A DNA stretch of 32,000 nt. It comes from Acaryochloris marina S15. Its GTDB lineage: Bacteria; Cyanobacteriota; Cyanobacteriia; Thermosynechococcales; Thermosynechococcaceae. Every line of letters starts with the position of its first letter. The first letter of the stretch is position 1. Of the stretch, positions 18,079 to 26,573 are shown in pieces. The notes below the pieces were generated by a model that was not told the origin of the DNA, ran no database searches, and worked only from the letters and a program-made list of their open reading frames with translations. Made by a program: the position numbers and the translations under genes. The stretch lies in NCBI RefSeq assembly GCF_018336915.1, contig NZ_CP064923.1:4170001-4202000 (forward strand). The letters are read 5' to 3'.

Positions 18079-19341
18079 GTGAGCCCTACTGAACTTGCTC
18101 AAGATCCGTCTGCGGTATCTGCCAATTCCTTTAATGCCGCCAACTTTGATCAGGATGTCATGACCACTTATGGTCGTTTTCCCATTGCCCTAGAGCGAGG
18201 ACAAGGTTGTCGCGTATGGGACACGGATGGGCGCGAGTATCTAGACTTTGTGGCCGGGATTGCCACCTGCACCTTGGGCCATGCCCATCCGGCTCTAGTG
18301 GCAGCAGTCACGGCTCAAATCCAAACTCTCCATCATGTCTCTAATCTGTATTACATTCCCCCTCAGGGAGATCTAGCCCACTGGCTCACCCAACATTCCT
18401 GCGCGAATCGTGCCTTTTTCTGTAATTCAGGGGCAGAGGCCAACGAAGGAGCCATCAAGCTAGCCCGGAAGTATGCCCATACGGTTCTGGACATTGAGCA
18501 GCCGATTATCTTGACGGCAGATGCTAGCTTCCATGGCCGAACCCTAGCCACGATTACAGCAACCGCACAGCCGAAGTACCAAAAGAATTTTGATCCACTG
18601 GTACCTGGATTTGAGTATGTGCCGTTTAACGATTTAGCAGCCCTAAAGGATAAAATCGCTACTCTCGATCAGGACCAACGCCAAGTTGCAGCCATCCTCC
18701 TTGAACCCTTGCAGGGGGAAGGGGGTGTGCGACCCGGCCAACAAGCGTACTTCCAAGGGGTGCGCCAGATCTGTGATGAAACTGGCATCTTGCTCATTCT
18801 GGATGAGGTGCAAGTCGGTGTAGGCCGGACAGGGAAACTCTGGGGTTATCAAAATTTGGGCATTGAACCTGATGTTTTTACTCTAGCGAAAGGGTTGGCA
18901 GGTGGCATTCCGATTGGTGCCCTGCTCAGCAAAGAATTTTGCAGTGTTTTACAGCCAGGAGATCATGCCAGCACCTTCGGCGGCAATCCCTTTGCATGTG
19001 CTGCAGCCCTAGCCGTTCTCGATACGTTAGAAACTGAAAATCTGCTAGAAAATTCTGCCCAACGAGGAGAACAGTTACGGGCAGGACTACATACGCTTAA
19101 GTCTCAATATCCCAACTTGATTGCTGAGGTTCGCGGCTGGGGACTGATTAATGGCCTAGTTCTCAAAGCTGAGGTTGAACTCACATCGATAGAGGTGATT
19201 AAAGCCGCAATGGCAGCGGGTTTACTACTCGTTCCTGCAGGCCCTAAAGTTATCCGCTTCGTTCCTCCTCTAGTGGTGAGTGGGGCAGAGGTAGATAAAG
19301 CACTGCAAACCGTCCAGCAAGCTTTGGCTGAACTGGGTTAA
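18079..19341 (+). CDS. argD: Acetylornithine aminotransferase (class III PLP aminotransferase)
   Basis: ...DVMTTYGRFPIALERGQGCRVWDTDGREYLDFVAGIATCTLGHAHPALV...LDEVQVGVGRTGKLWGYQ...TLAKGLAGGIPIGA is typical of ArgD. The ORF is open from 17995. I place the start at GTG 18079 because AGGAG (18069-18073) lies 5 nt upstream and this avoids overlap with the previous gene. Confidence 0.9.
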   Translation: MSPTELAQDPSAVSANSFNAANFDQDVMTTYGRFPIALERGQGCRVWDTDGREYLDFVAGIATCTLGHAHPALVAAVTAQIQTLHHVSNLYYIPPQGDLAHWLTQHSCANRAFFCNSGAEANEGAIKLARKYAHTVLDIEQPIILTADASFHGRTLATITATAQPKYQKNFDPLVPGFEYVPFNDLAALKDKIATLDQDQRQVAAILLEPLQGEGGVRPGQQAYFQGVRQICDETGILLILDEVQVGVGRTGKLWGYQNLGIEPDVFTLAKGLAGGIPIGALLSKEFCSVLQPGDHASTFGGNPFACAAALAVLDTLETENLLENSAQRGEQLRAGLHTLKSQYPNLIAEVRGWGLINGLVLKAEVELTSIEVIKAAMAAGLLLVPAGPKVIRFVPPLVVSGAEVDKALQTVQQALAELG

Positions 19342-19348
19342 AGCTATC
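19341..19348. repeat. Left 8-bp target-site duplication of the IS1-family element
   Basis: aagctatc at 19341-19348 is repeated exactly at 20251-20258. Both copies directly abut the inverted repeats. Confidence 0.85.
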
Positions 19349-19412
19349 GGTCGTGCCTCAAGTAATTGTGGGTTGAGTATACTAGAGGCTCAGCTCAGCT
19401 TCTAACCTACCC

Positions 19413-20241
19413 ATGCAATGCCCACTATGCGGTCATTCCAAAGCACACAAGCATGGCAAGATGCCCAACATGCTTCAACGATACCGTTGTCCTGAGTGCC
19501 AGCAGACCTTTACTGAACGCTTTGATACCCTTTACTATCGTCGTCAGGTGAGTCCAGAGCAGGTCCGACAAGTCCTCCAAGCCCATGCAGAAGGGAGTAG
19601 TCTTCGAGGTATCACTCGGACCAGTGGCCTGGCTTACAACACTGTAGTCTCTCTAGTAAGAGCTGCTAGCCAACGATCTCAGCAACTCCATAATGGTCAA
19701 GTGCAAGCCGTTGAAACGGAGGATGTCAGTGCAGATGAAATGTGGTCCTTTGTGAAAAAAAGCAAAAACACTGTCTTCCCCATGAGCTAGAGATGGGTGA
19801 TTGTTGGATGGCGATTACCTTGGCAAACACAAGCGGCGTGATCCTCTCGTGTCGTGTGGGCAAGCACACCGATTCATTATTGAATGAACTGGTGACTAGC
19901 ACTGAAGGTAAGACCGATTGCAAGGACTGGAATAGCGACGATTGGGGGGGTACGAAAGAGTGTTGCCTTGGGAGATTGACCATTACATTGGCAAGGACAG
20001 AACTCAACGACTCGAACGCACCAATGGCATTATTCGACAGCACAGTGGTCGATGGCATCGACGCCAGAACAAATTTGGCAAAGTGTGGGCGCAAACCAAA
20101 GTCACTGCTCGATTAGTGGTCAGCTATTTCAATTGGATTTGGACACACAGTCGGCTTAAAACAACGGCGGCACAACGTGCTGATCTAGCCTCGCGAGCTT
20201 GGCATTGGGATGACATACTCACCTACCCCACAATTGTTTGA
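19413..20241 (+). pseudogene. IS1-type transposase (InsA zinc-finger/HTH part plus InsB DDE part), interrupted by an additional frameshift
   Basis: ORF1 is MQCPLCGHSKAHKHG...YRCPECQQTF... (zinc finger) up to ...ADEMWSFVKK. The -1 frame continues KKQKHCLPHELEMGDCW...NSDDWGG. A further frame change is needed to reach YERVLPWEIDHYIGKDRTQRLERTNGIIRQHSGRWHRRQNKFGK... (IS1 D..W..Y / ER.N...RQ block). Confidence 0.8.
19755..19761 (+). other. A7 slippery run: candidate programmed -1 ribosomal frameshift site of the IS1 transposase
   Basis: The sequence is gtg-aaaaaaa-gc. ORF1 (frame of 19413) and ORF2 (frame of 19742) overlap here and differ by -1. This matches the A6-7 frameshift window known for IS1 InsAB'. 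Confidence 0.6.
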
Positions 20242-20250
20242 TGCACGACC

Positions 20251-20258
20251 AAGCTATC
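20251..20258. repeat. Right 8-bp target-site duplication of the IS1-family element
   Basis: aagctatc, identical to 19341-19348. Confidence 0.85.
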
Positions 20259-20344
20259 CGAGGCATTGCACCATCCCTCGACAACCAGCGTGCTTTCTCA
20301 AAGAAGATGTTTATGATCGGCTCATTCCAGAAGAGGGGTGAGTA

Positions 20345-21223
20345 TCATCTTTTTTGAATCTTCACGGCAATGACGGCATAGTGACGTGGACCGAAATTCC
20401 AGCGCCAAGGGCCAATAGGGTCCAAGCTAGCCACCTGCTGGCTTAACACGGGATCTTGACGAAAGAGATTGACGATTGCAGCAGGGTTCACACCATGAAA
20501 GAAATTACCCTGTCGAACTAGCTGCACTAGCACCTGGCTCAGATCTTGGGCGGGAACAGAGGCCAATGGTGGATAGGAATCAGAAGAAACCACATCTGTA
20601 ATCAGCACCCCCAAACCACCGAGAACTATAAGTTGCATCAGCAAGCGCAAATGCCCCAAGCGAATCGCTTGAATCACCTCCACAAATTGGGGATGGTTTT
20701 CGCCAATCGTATCCACAACAATTTTGATCAACTGACTCAATAGGCAAGTTGAGGCCACTACCTCAAACGGGCCTGGAAGTGGCGCAAGGCAGTGAGCCGA
20801 AGCATCGATACAAGCAGCAATATCTGTCTCTGTGAGAGCAGAGTTGGGGGACCAGTGGGACATCTGATCAATCATCCCGGTTAAATCAATACCACCGTGC
20901 AGATGGATATGAGCATGATCCGCAAGATTTTGTTTGGCTACCCCCTGTGCTAAGGCATCCATATCAATATCTACTAGATGAATATCTTGGTGGAATTGGA
21001 TAAGGGTCATCAAATCCAGGTCATTACAATTGCCAGCACCTAAAATACACAGACGAGGCAGGTCCGAACCATGCTTTAGCAGGGACGTTACTTGACTCCG
21101 ATGATCTGCAAAGGCGTCCCATGCATTGCTGCTGCTGAGATTAAAGGCAATCTGGCGCTGGATCAGTGAGTTCATAGATGTTGCTATCTCAGGCTTCCAA
21201 CTCATCAACGGGTAACGTTTCAC
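20345..21223 (-). CDS. Rossmann-fold, class I SAM-methyltransferase-like protein, function unknown
   Basis: 292-aa ORF with a GTG start; an ATG alternative lies at 21205. The motif order resembles SAM-MTases: LCILGAGNCNDLD (motif I-like), IHLVDID (acidic end of beta-2), VVASTCLLSQL (motif IV-like). It starts 21 nt downstream of the nuclease gene on the same strand. Confidence 0.5.
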   Translation of the reverse strand: MKRYPLMSWKPEIATSMNSLIQRQIAFNLSSSNAWDAFADHRSQVTSLLKHGSDLPRLCILGAGNCNDLDLMTLIQFHQDIHLVDIDMDALAQGVAKQNLADHAHIHLHGGIDLTGMIDQMSHWSPNSALTETDIAACIDASAHCLAPLPGPFEVVASTCLLSQLIKIVVDTIGENHPQFVEVIQAIRLGHLRLLMQLIVLGGLGVLITDVVSSDSYPPLASVPAQDLSQVLVQLVRQGNFFHGVNPAAIVNLFRQDPVLSQQVASLDPIGPWRWNFGPRHYAVIAVKIQKR

Positions 21224-21244
21224 CCATCCCTATCAGATCCCATA

Positions 21245-22198
21245 TTAGGCAGAGGCTAACTTATCCGCTTGTTTCAGAAGTGGTATGGCAGACAAAGCGG
21301 GTTCATCCATAATCTGGGCCGTTGATTTAATAGTGATTTGGGGATTTTTGTTGAACATTCGCAGTTGTCCAGCCACATAGGCATAACTCCGTTTGGGAGC
21401 ATTCTCGGTACTGAAGTATCGATTGTTGAGCAGATTAACCACCGCTTTGCCTCCCGGAGTTTCTGTATTGGGGAGATATAAACTGAAGGGCTGTTTGACC
21501 GAACCAATCTCGATCCGGGCACTTGTGGCGGTGATACGTCTTAGCGATCGCAACTCCGTAAACACCACAACCTTCTCCTGGTACTGGGCTCTAGCCACAA
21601 TCTCCTCAAAATCTAACCGGGAGTTGAGTAAGTCTGACTGGTGAGCTTTATAGTGACGAAACCCATCAACAATTTCAGCTCTGAGGCTCCACCAAATGCC
21701 TAAAGCTGCATAATTATGAATATTCTCTCCATTAGCTGCTAATTGGTCCCAAACTCCCAAATTAGCCTCCTGAGCGTCCCGTTCTGCCTGCTGATAGCGC
21801 TGATGATACTCAGAAAACACAGCATTGCCATATTTATTGAAATAGGGGCTATATCCTTCTCGAATCATCACTTCTTGATAATCCACCCCCTGTTTATGGA
21901 TCAGCAGAAGGGGACGGCCATAGTTGTCTTGATAGCGTCGATGGCAAATCTCCGGCGATTCAGTCCCAGGATATTCCAGAGTTACGCGATCATTAGGCTG
22001 AAAAAATTGCTCAGCTCGTTCTTTGGCCTGTTGCCCCCAAGGCGTAATGATCTTATTGCTGCCCGAGTTGGATTCTTCAGTTTCCAGATTGAGTAAACGC
22101 AGGGACTTCTCTTGTTCAAGATGGGGTAACTGCACCCGAATGGTATCCCCATCAACCACTCGGACAACGGTTGTTTCTATTGTGGTTCCCAGAAACAT
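21245..22198 (-). CDS. Staphylococcal-nuclease (SNase/thermonuclease) fold protein with an extra C-terminal OB-like domain; no signal peptide
   Basis: 317-aa ORF. VVRVVDGDTIRV...LRLLNLETEE...YGRPLLLIHKQGVDYQEVMIREGYSPYF...AQEANLGVWD aligns by eye with SNase IDGDTVKL...FRLLLVDTPE...YGRGLAYIY...LVRQGLA...KLNIWS. Equivalents of R35, T41, E43 and R87 are kept, and D40 is replaced by E. The ~165 C-terminal aa show an OB-like pattern (VVVFTELRSLRRI...YVAGQLRMFNKNPQITIKSTAQI). Confidence 0.75.
   Translation of the reverse strand: MFLGTTIETTVVRVVDGDTIRVQLPHLEQEKSLRLLNLETEESNSGSNKIITPWGQQAKERAEQFFQPNDRVTLEYPGTESPEICHRRYQDNYGRPLLLIHKQGVDYQEVMIREGYSPYFNKYGNAVFSEYHQRYQQAERDAQEANLGVWDQLAANGENIHNYAALGIWWSLRAEIVDGFRHYKAHQSDLLNSRLDFEEIVARAQYQEKVVVFTELRSLRRITATSARIEIGSVKQPFSLYLPNTETPGGKAVVNLLNNRYFSTENAPKRSYAYVAGQLRMFNKNPQITIKSTAQIMDEPALSAIPLLKQADKLASA
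21544..21551. repeat. HIP1 palindrome GCGATCGC
   Basis: Exact 8-mer read in the sequence. Confidence 0.95.
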
Positions 22199-22330
22199 GA
22201 CAAGAACGTTCAGATCGTAAGTCAGTCATAACAGATAATGAGAATTTATACCTAGCTCAGGAGCACTTCCTCATGAATGTTTACCTGATGGCATGGCATC
22301 CCCCCAATGAACTGCAGCGAAATCAGCTCC

Positions 22331-22367
22331 TAAAAAAATCCTTGAGGAGCAACAATGCTCCTCAAGG
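22331..22367 (-). terminator. Rho-independent terminator of the hsp20 gene
   Basis: ccttgaggagc (22340-22350) and gctcctcaagg (22357-22367) form a perfect 11-bp stem with a 6-nt loop. On the minus strand the stem is followed directly by ATTTTTTTA. It lies ~70 nt after the hsp20 stop. Confidence 0.8.
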
Positions 22368-22438
22368 ACAGTAGGCATTACCAGAATTCGGTCCAGGGTT
22401 AACCCGTTAGACCCAAGAGAGAGCTGGCGGTTAAGTCA

Positions 22439-22912
22439 TTAAACGTTGTCAGCTGTATCTATGGCCGGTGACTCAGTCGCTCCCGCAAGGTTGACCTTCA
22501 CCACTTTATTTTGTTCGGCTTCGGCTTTTGGCAGGGTGAGGGTGAGAATACCTTGGTCAAAGGAGGCCTCAACCTTAGTATTTTGAACCTCAACCGGGAG
22601 CTTAGTGGCTCGATGGAATTGTCCATACCGGATGTCGGAATAGAGGTGTTTAGTGCCGTCTGGCAACTCTTCGGCATGACGCTGGCCGGACAGTGAGATG
22701 GATTTTCGAGTCACCTGAATATCCAAATCATCGGCCTTAACACCTGGCAAGAAGGCTTTGAGAATGAGTGCATTGCCCTTATCCCAAACTTCAATGGCAG
22801 GGGACCAATTAACGGTGGACGTATCCGCATCCACTATTTCTTCAAAAAGGCGATCAAGCTGGTGACGGATAGCATCAGCTTCTTCGATCGGGTTCCAGTA
22901 ACGAATCATCAT
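22439..22912 (-). CDS. hspA: Small heat-shock protein (Hsp20/alpha-crystallin family)
   Basis: 157-aa ORF. WSPAIEVWDKGNALILKAFLPGVKADDLDIQVTRKSISLSGQR...FHRATKLPVEVQNTKVEASFDQGILTLTLPK is a canonical alpha-crystallin domain. Confidence 0.92.
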   Translation of the reverse strand: MMIRYWNPIEEADAIRHQLDRLFEEIVDADTSTVNWSPAIEVWDKGNALILKAFLPGVKADDLDIQVTRKSISLSGQRHAEELPDGTKHLYSDIRYGQFHRATKLPVEVQNTKVEASFDQGILTLTLPKAEAEQNKVVKVNLAGATESPAIDTADNV

Positions 22913-23239
22913 AGTTTTGTACCTCGCATTGGCTGTTATCAGTGAAGCGGAAACAACCGCTTTGTTTGTTCGTTATATCCAATATGCAATACCCAACCCA
23001 TGATCGAAAATCCTGAAAACCCTATACAGTATGGAGAGAAATCCTACCCTCATCAAGATGTCTGGTGCAGAATAGTTGCGGAGAACCGCCCCAAGATAAT
23101 CGGTTTCCCGAGTAAACTCCTTACTCGATCTCTCCATCCCAGTTTCTAATTAATGCTTGATAAAGCGACTGAGTAAAGCCAAATTCCTGGGATAAACTGA
23201 CTGCAACCCTGATTCATAGCCGAGGTTCTCAATAACACC

Positions 23240-25198
23240 ATGGTTAAACGCAAAAAGCCCACATCACAGTCGGCAAATCTTGGGTTTGGTGCCAATAATC
23301 CGGTCGGTGCGCTAAAGCGAGCAAAAACTCATGCCAGAAAAGAGGAGTGGCCTGAAGTCTGTCGGACTTTGTATCCTCTTTGCCAATCATCCCCCCAAGA
23401 AAAATGGGTGTGGGAACTTCTAGTAGATGCCAGCTTAGAAACAGGCGAAATGAAGATTTTTCAAAAAGCTTGCGAAGGTCTCTACGCCATTGCTCCTAGT
23501 GCCAGCAATGCCTATATGTTGGCAAGCGCATATCTAAAAAACAAGCATCCTTTAATGGCATTACATACCTTTCATCAGGCACTTGAACTAGATCCTGATC
23601 ACGAACTTGCCACTCAAGCCAGACAAACCATAGAGCTATTAGAGCCAGAATTTCAAGATCTGTTAGCAGAAATAGGCTTAACGTCTAAGGATGATTGGGC
23701 TGTAGCCATGCTCCATGAACAAGGCCAAGCCTATATGGAACAAGGTGATTATGAAGAAGCGCGTGAGGCTGAAGAGCAAGTTCTAGAGAAGAATCCCACT
23801 TTTATCTCTGCTAGAAATAACCTCAGTTTAATCAGTTGGATGCAAAGAGATATCGAAAGTGCTATTACCACTGCTCAAGGCGTATTAGACTTCGAGCCTA
23901 ACAACGTTCATGCCCTTTCTAATTTGATTCATTTTTTGGTTATCGCTGGGAAGCTGGATACTGCAAAATCCTATGGCGATCAACTCAAAGCAAGTTCTGC
24001 CAGTGCTTGGGATGGATGGACAAAAAAGGTAGAAGGACTGACCTATCTCACTGATGATGATGGTGTGGTTGAAGTTTGGGAACAAGCTCAAGCTGCGACA
24101 GTGGAAGAGTCGCCTTCTAGTATGTTGTTCTATCACCTATCAGCAGTCGCCCTTGCTCGAGAAGGTAAGGTTGAGCAGGCGATTTCTCAATGGAAAATTG
24201 CAGTGAATGACTATGACGATCATGACATTGCTAAAGAGAATCTAGACAATATTCGTAACCCCATTGGCCAGCGTAATGGAGCTTGGCCCTTTCAATGGGA
24301 GCAGTGGATCAATCCCCAAGAGATGCACGAGTTACAGCAAACCCTTGACGCTGGATTAAAGTCTAAAAAGGCGGACAAGCTAGTTGCTAATTTTGAGAGA
24401 TTTCTAAAACATCATCCAAAGGTGATGTCTACTCTACCCAGAGTATTAGAGCGCGGAGGCCCCCAGGGGCAGGAATTCATACTCACGATAGCCGAACAAG
24501 TCAAAACACCAGAATTGCTGGAGATGGTGAAGGTGTTTGCCCTTAGTCAGAACGGTACAGATGCAATGCGTAATCGGGCTGCTAACTTAGCAGCTCAAGC
24601 CAAGTTAATCCCTAAAGATAAAGTAACACTTTGGATTGAAGGAGAATGGCGCGAAATAATGCTGTTGGCTTATCAATTCCATACTGACCCCCTCGTTAAA
24701 CATACTAAGCGGGTAAAAAGTTTGTTGGAAGAGGCTATCTATCTTCTAAGAGCAAATAGCAAAGAGCCAGCGATTGAGGCTGAAACCCTCTTAAAGCAAG
24801 CGTTAGCCATAGAGCCAGACTCTCCTGATCTGATGAATAATCTGGCAATGGCTCTTAGCCAGCAAGATCGTGAGGATGAAACCAATGCTCTCATTCATGA
24901 AATTGTCGATCGATACCCAGACTATCTGTTTGCGAGTGCGGCGATGGCTAAGCTACATCTACAGAACCACGAAGTGGAAGCTGCCGAGGCCCTGTTGCAC
25001 TCTTTTTTGTCCCGCGATAGCTTCCATATTGGAGAGTTTGATGCCCTTATGGACGCCTACATTGAACTATCCTTAGCCAAAAAGCAAAGAGAGGGGGCTC
25101 GGGGCTGGTTCAATGTATGGGAGCAGGTGGCTATGGATATGCAGCTCATTAGCCCGCGGTTAAAATACTGGCGAAAACGCTTTAGTTCAAGTCTGTGA
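23240..25198 (+). CDS. Tetratricopeptide-repeat (TPR) protein
   Basis: 652-aa ORF with repeated 34-aa TPR-like units (e.g. AYMLASAYLKNKHPLMALHTFHQALELDPDH; QGQAYMEQGDYEEAREAEEQVLEKNPTF; NNLAMALSQQDREDETNALIHEIVDRYPDY). Confidence 0.8.
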   Translation: MVKRKKPTSQSANLGFGANNPVGALKRAKTHARKEEWPEVCRTLYPLCQSSPQEKWVWELLVDASLETGEMKIFQKACEGLYAIAPSASNAYMLASAYLKNKHPLMALHTFHQALELDPDHELATQARQTIELLEPEFQDLLAEIGLTSKDDWAVAMLHEQGQAYMEQGDYEEAREAEEQVLEKNPTFISARNNLSLISWMQRDIESAITTAQGVLDFEPNNVHALSNLIHFLVIAGKLDTAKSYGDQLKASSASAWDGWTKKVEGLTYLTDDDGVVEVWEQAQAATVEESPSSMLFYHLSAVALAREGKVEQAISQWKIAVNDYDDHDIAKENLDNIRNPIGQRNGAWPFQWEQWINPQEMHELQQTLDAGLKSKKADKLVANFERFLKHHPKVMSTLPRVLERGGPQGQEFILTIAEQVKTPELLEMVKVFALSQNGTDAMRNRAANLAAQAKLIPKDKVTLWIEGEWREIMLLAYQFHTDPLVKHTKRVKSLLEEAIYLLRANSKEPAIEAETLLKQALAIEPDSPDLMNNLAMALSQQDREDETNALIHEIVDRYPDYLFASAAMAKLHLQNHEVEAAEALLHSFLSRDSFHIGEFDALMDAYIELSLAKKQREGARGWFNVWEQVAMDMQLISPRLKYWRKRFSSSL

Positions 25199-25242
25199 TA
25201 TGCAGATTATAGTTAGAGCCAAGGTCTATTTATGGATTGGCA

Positions 25243-25731
25243 ATGACTATCGATGCATCATTGGGTTCTAATTTGGAGGTTAGACAGACCCCTTATACAG
25301 ACTATGCTGGCGATATCTTTCTAATTCGGCAGCAAGTGTTTCACATTGAGCAAAACATCGATCCTGAACTGGATATGGATGGAGAAGATGCAACCGCCGA
25401 TCACTTTATTGCCTATTGGCAACAGCAACCCGTCGGCATTGCCCGTGTCAGAGCCTATGGAGATGGAACCCAAGCTAAAATTGAACGGGTAGCGGTATTG
25501 CAGGGATTTCGTCAGCAGGGAATTGGCAAAGCGATTACAACCTCAGTCCTGCAGTATGTCCAACAACAGGGATTTGCCACGGCGATTCTTTATGCCCAAG
25601 CTCCGTCGGCATCGTTTTACGAACAATTTGGATTCGAACGGCAGGGAGAACCCTTTATCCAGGCAGATATGTCTCATATTGCTATGGTCAAAAATCTAAC
25701 TGAAACTCTTAGGAGGCATTCAGCGTCATAG
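25243..25731 (+). CDS. GNAT-family N-acetyltransferase
   Basis: The acetyl-CoA binding motif A is present (IERVAVLQGFRQQGIGKAI), followed by ...YAQAPSASFYEQFGFE. I prefer the ATG at 25243 over the TTG at 25237. Confidence 0.85.
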   Translation: MTIDASLGSNLEVRQTPYTDYAGDIFLIRQQVFHIEQNIDPELDMDGEDATADHFIAYWQQQPVGIARVRAYGDGTQAKIERVAVLQGFRQQGIGKAITTSVLQYVQQQGFATAILYAQAPSASFYEQFGFERQGEPFIQADMSHIAMVKNLTETLRRHSAS

Positions 25732-25794
25732 AGCGTTGGTCTTGGAATGGGGGAGCCAAGTGTTCAGCTAGGCTCAGGTTTGAAGTAGGTTTGC

Positions 25795-26511
25795 ATGCTT
25801 AAAAAGATAGGACTGGTCGCCTTCTTGTTGCTACTAGGAGGTGGCGGCTGGTTGGCCTATGCCTGGCAACAGGTCACCCATCTCCCCGATTGGTATACCC
25901 GTGAATCAACACCAGAAACAGCCCCCTCCACATTACTGCCCACCCAAATCGATGACCCTGCTGAAATAGAGAGCTTAGCCTTTGGCCTGCACCAAAAAGT
26001 AGATCGAGTCCTCAGCACCACCGCCTCCCAAACACCTGAAGTGCAATTAACGGCCCAAGAATTCAATCAGTTTGTGGTCACATCACTCCCAGCCCAGGCT
26101 CGTAGTCCTAAAGTGATTACCTCAGTAAAAGCGATGAATACCAAAATTGAAGCGGGCCAGCTCCAAACCGGGATTGTGGTGGATACATCGGCACTTCCCC
26201 TAGACCAGTTGCCATCTGAGTATCAGGCAACGGTCAAGGGATTACTGCAAAGTTTCCCGGTTTTACAAGATAAGGAAATCTATGTGGGAGTGGAGGGCAA
26301 GCCCCAGGTCCAACAGGGGAAAGTGGTCCTAGGAGAAGATGCCAGGTTAGTCGTGGGCAATGTTCGATTTTCCTATGGGGATATCCGCGATCGCATCAAT
26401 CTTCCAACCAATCTCTTAGACAGCCCCATAAATCTCCAGTTGGGACAGCTCCAAATTAAGGATCTGAATTTTCAGGATCAGACTGTTATTCTCAAAGGCC
26501 AAGCCCAGTAG
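25795..26511 (+). CDS. Membrane-anchored hypothetical protein
   Basis: 238-aa ORF with a single N-terminal TM helix (IGLVAFLLLLGGGGWLAYAW), then a Gln/Pro/Thr-rich soluble part. I recognise no motif. Confidence 0.5.
   Translation: MLKKIGLVAFLLLLGGGGWLAYAWQQVTHLPDWYTRESTPETAPSTLLPTQIDDPAEIESLAFGLHQKVDRVLSTTASQTPEVQLTAQEFNQFVVTSLPAQARSPKVITSVKAMNTKIEAGQLQTGIVVDTSALPLDQLPSEYQATVKGLLQSFPVLQDKEIYVGVEGKPQVQQGKVVLGEDARLVVGNVRFSYGDIRDRINLPTNLLDSPINLQLGQLQIKDLNFQDQTVILKGQAQ
26387..26394. repeat. HIP1 palindrome GCGATCGC
   Basis: Exact 8-mer read in the sequence. Confidence 0.95.
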
Positions 26512-26546
26512 AGTCTATGACAACATCACTTGTCTGATCGGCTATA

Positions 26547-26568
26547 CTTGTACAGTAAGTAGTACAAG
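26547..26568. promoter_or_regulatory. Candidate YefM-YoeB operator: inverted repeat carrying two GTAC cores 12 bp apart
   Basis: cttgtac (26547-26553) and gtacaag (26562-26568) are exact inverted repeats. TGTACA (26549-26554) and AGTACA (26561-26566) have centres 12 bp apart. The repeat ends 5 nt before the yefM ATG. A TATACT -10-like hexamer lies at 26543-26548. Confidence 0.55.
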
Positions 26569-26573
26569 AGAAT

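Larger units (their letters stand above)
19349..20250 (+). mobile_element. IS1-family insertion sequence (902 bp)
   Basis: The terminal inverted repeats are ggtcgtgcctcaagtaattgtgg (19349-19371) and the reverse complement of 20228-20250 (ggtcgtgcatcaaacaattgtgg), matching at 20/23 positions. An 8-bp direct repeat flanks them. The internal InsA-like and InsB-like ORFs lie in the -1 frame arrangement typical of IS1. Confidence 0.85.

Noticed and set aside
22273-22374. A 33-codon plus-strand ORF (MNVYLMAWHPPNELQRNQLLKKSLRSNNAPQGQ) with AGGAG 9 nt upstream.
   Set aside because: It runs straight through the hsp20 terminator hairpin on the opposite strand and has no recognisable features. It is probably a chance ORF.
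22945-22962. The hairpin aagcgg-ttgttt-ccgctt in the hsp20 upstream region could be an RNA thermometer.
   Set aside because: The stem does not include or pair with the GAGG Shine-Dalgarno sequence next to the ATG. I found no anti-SD (ACCUC or U-rich) partner, and the transcription start is unknown. The support is not enough to call it.
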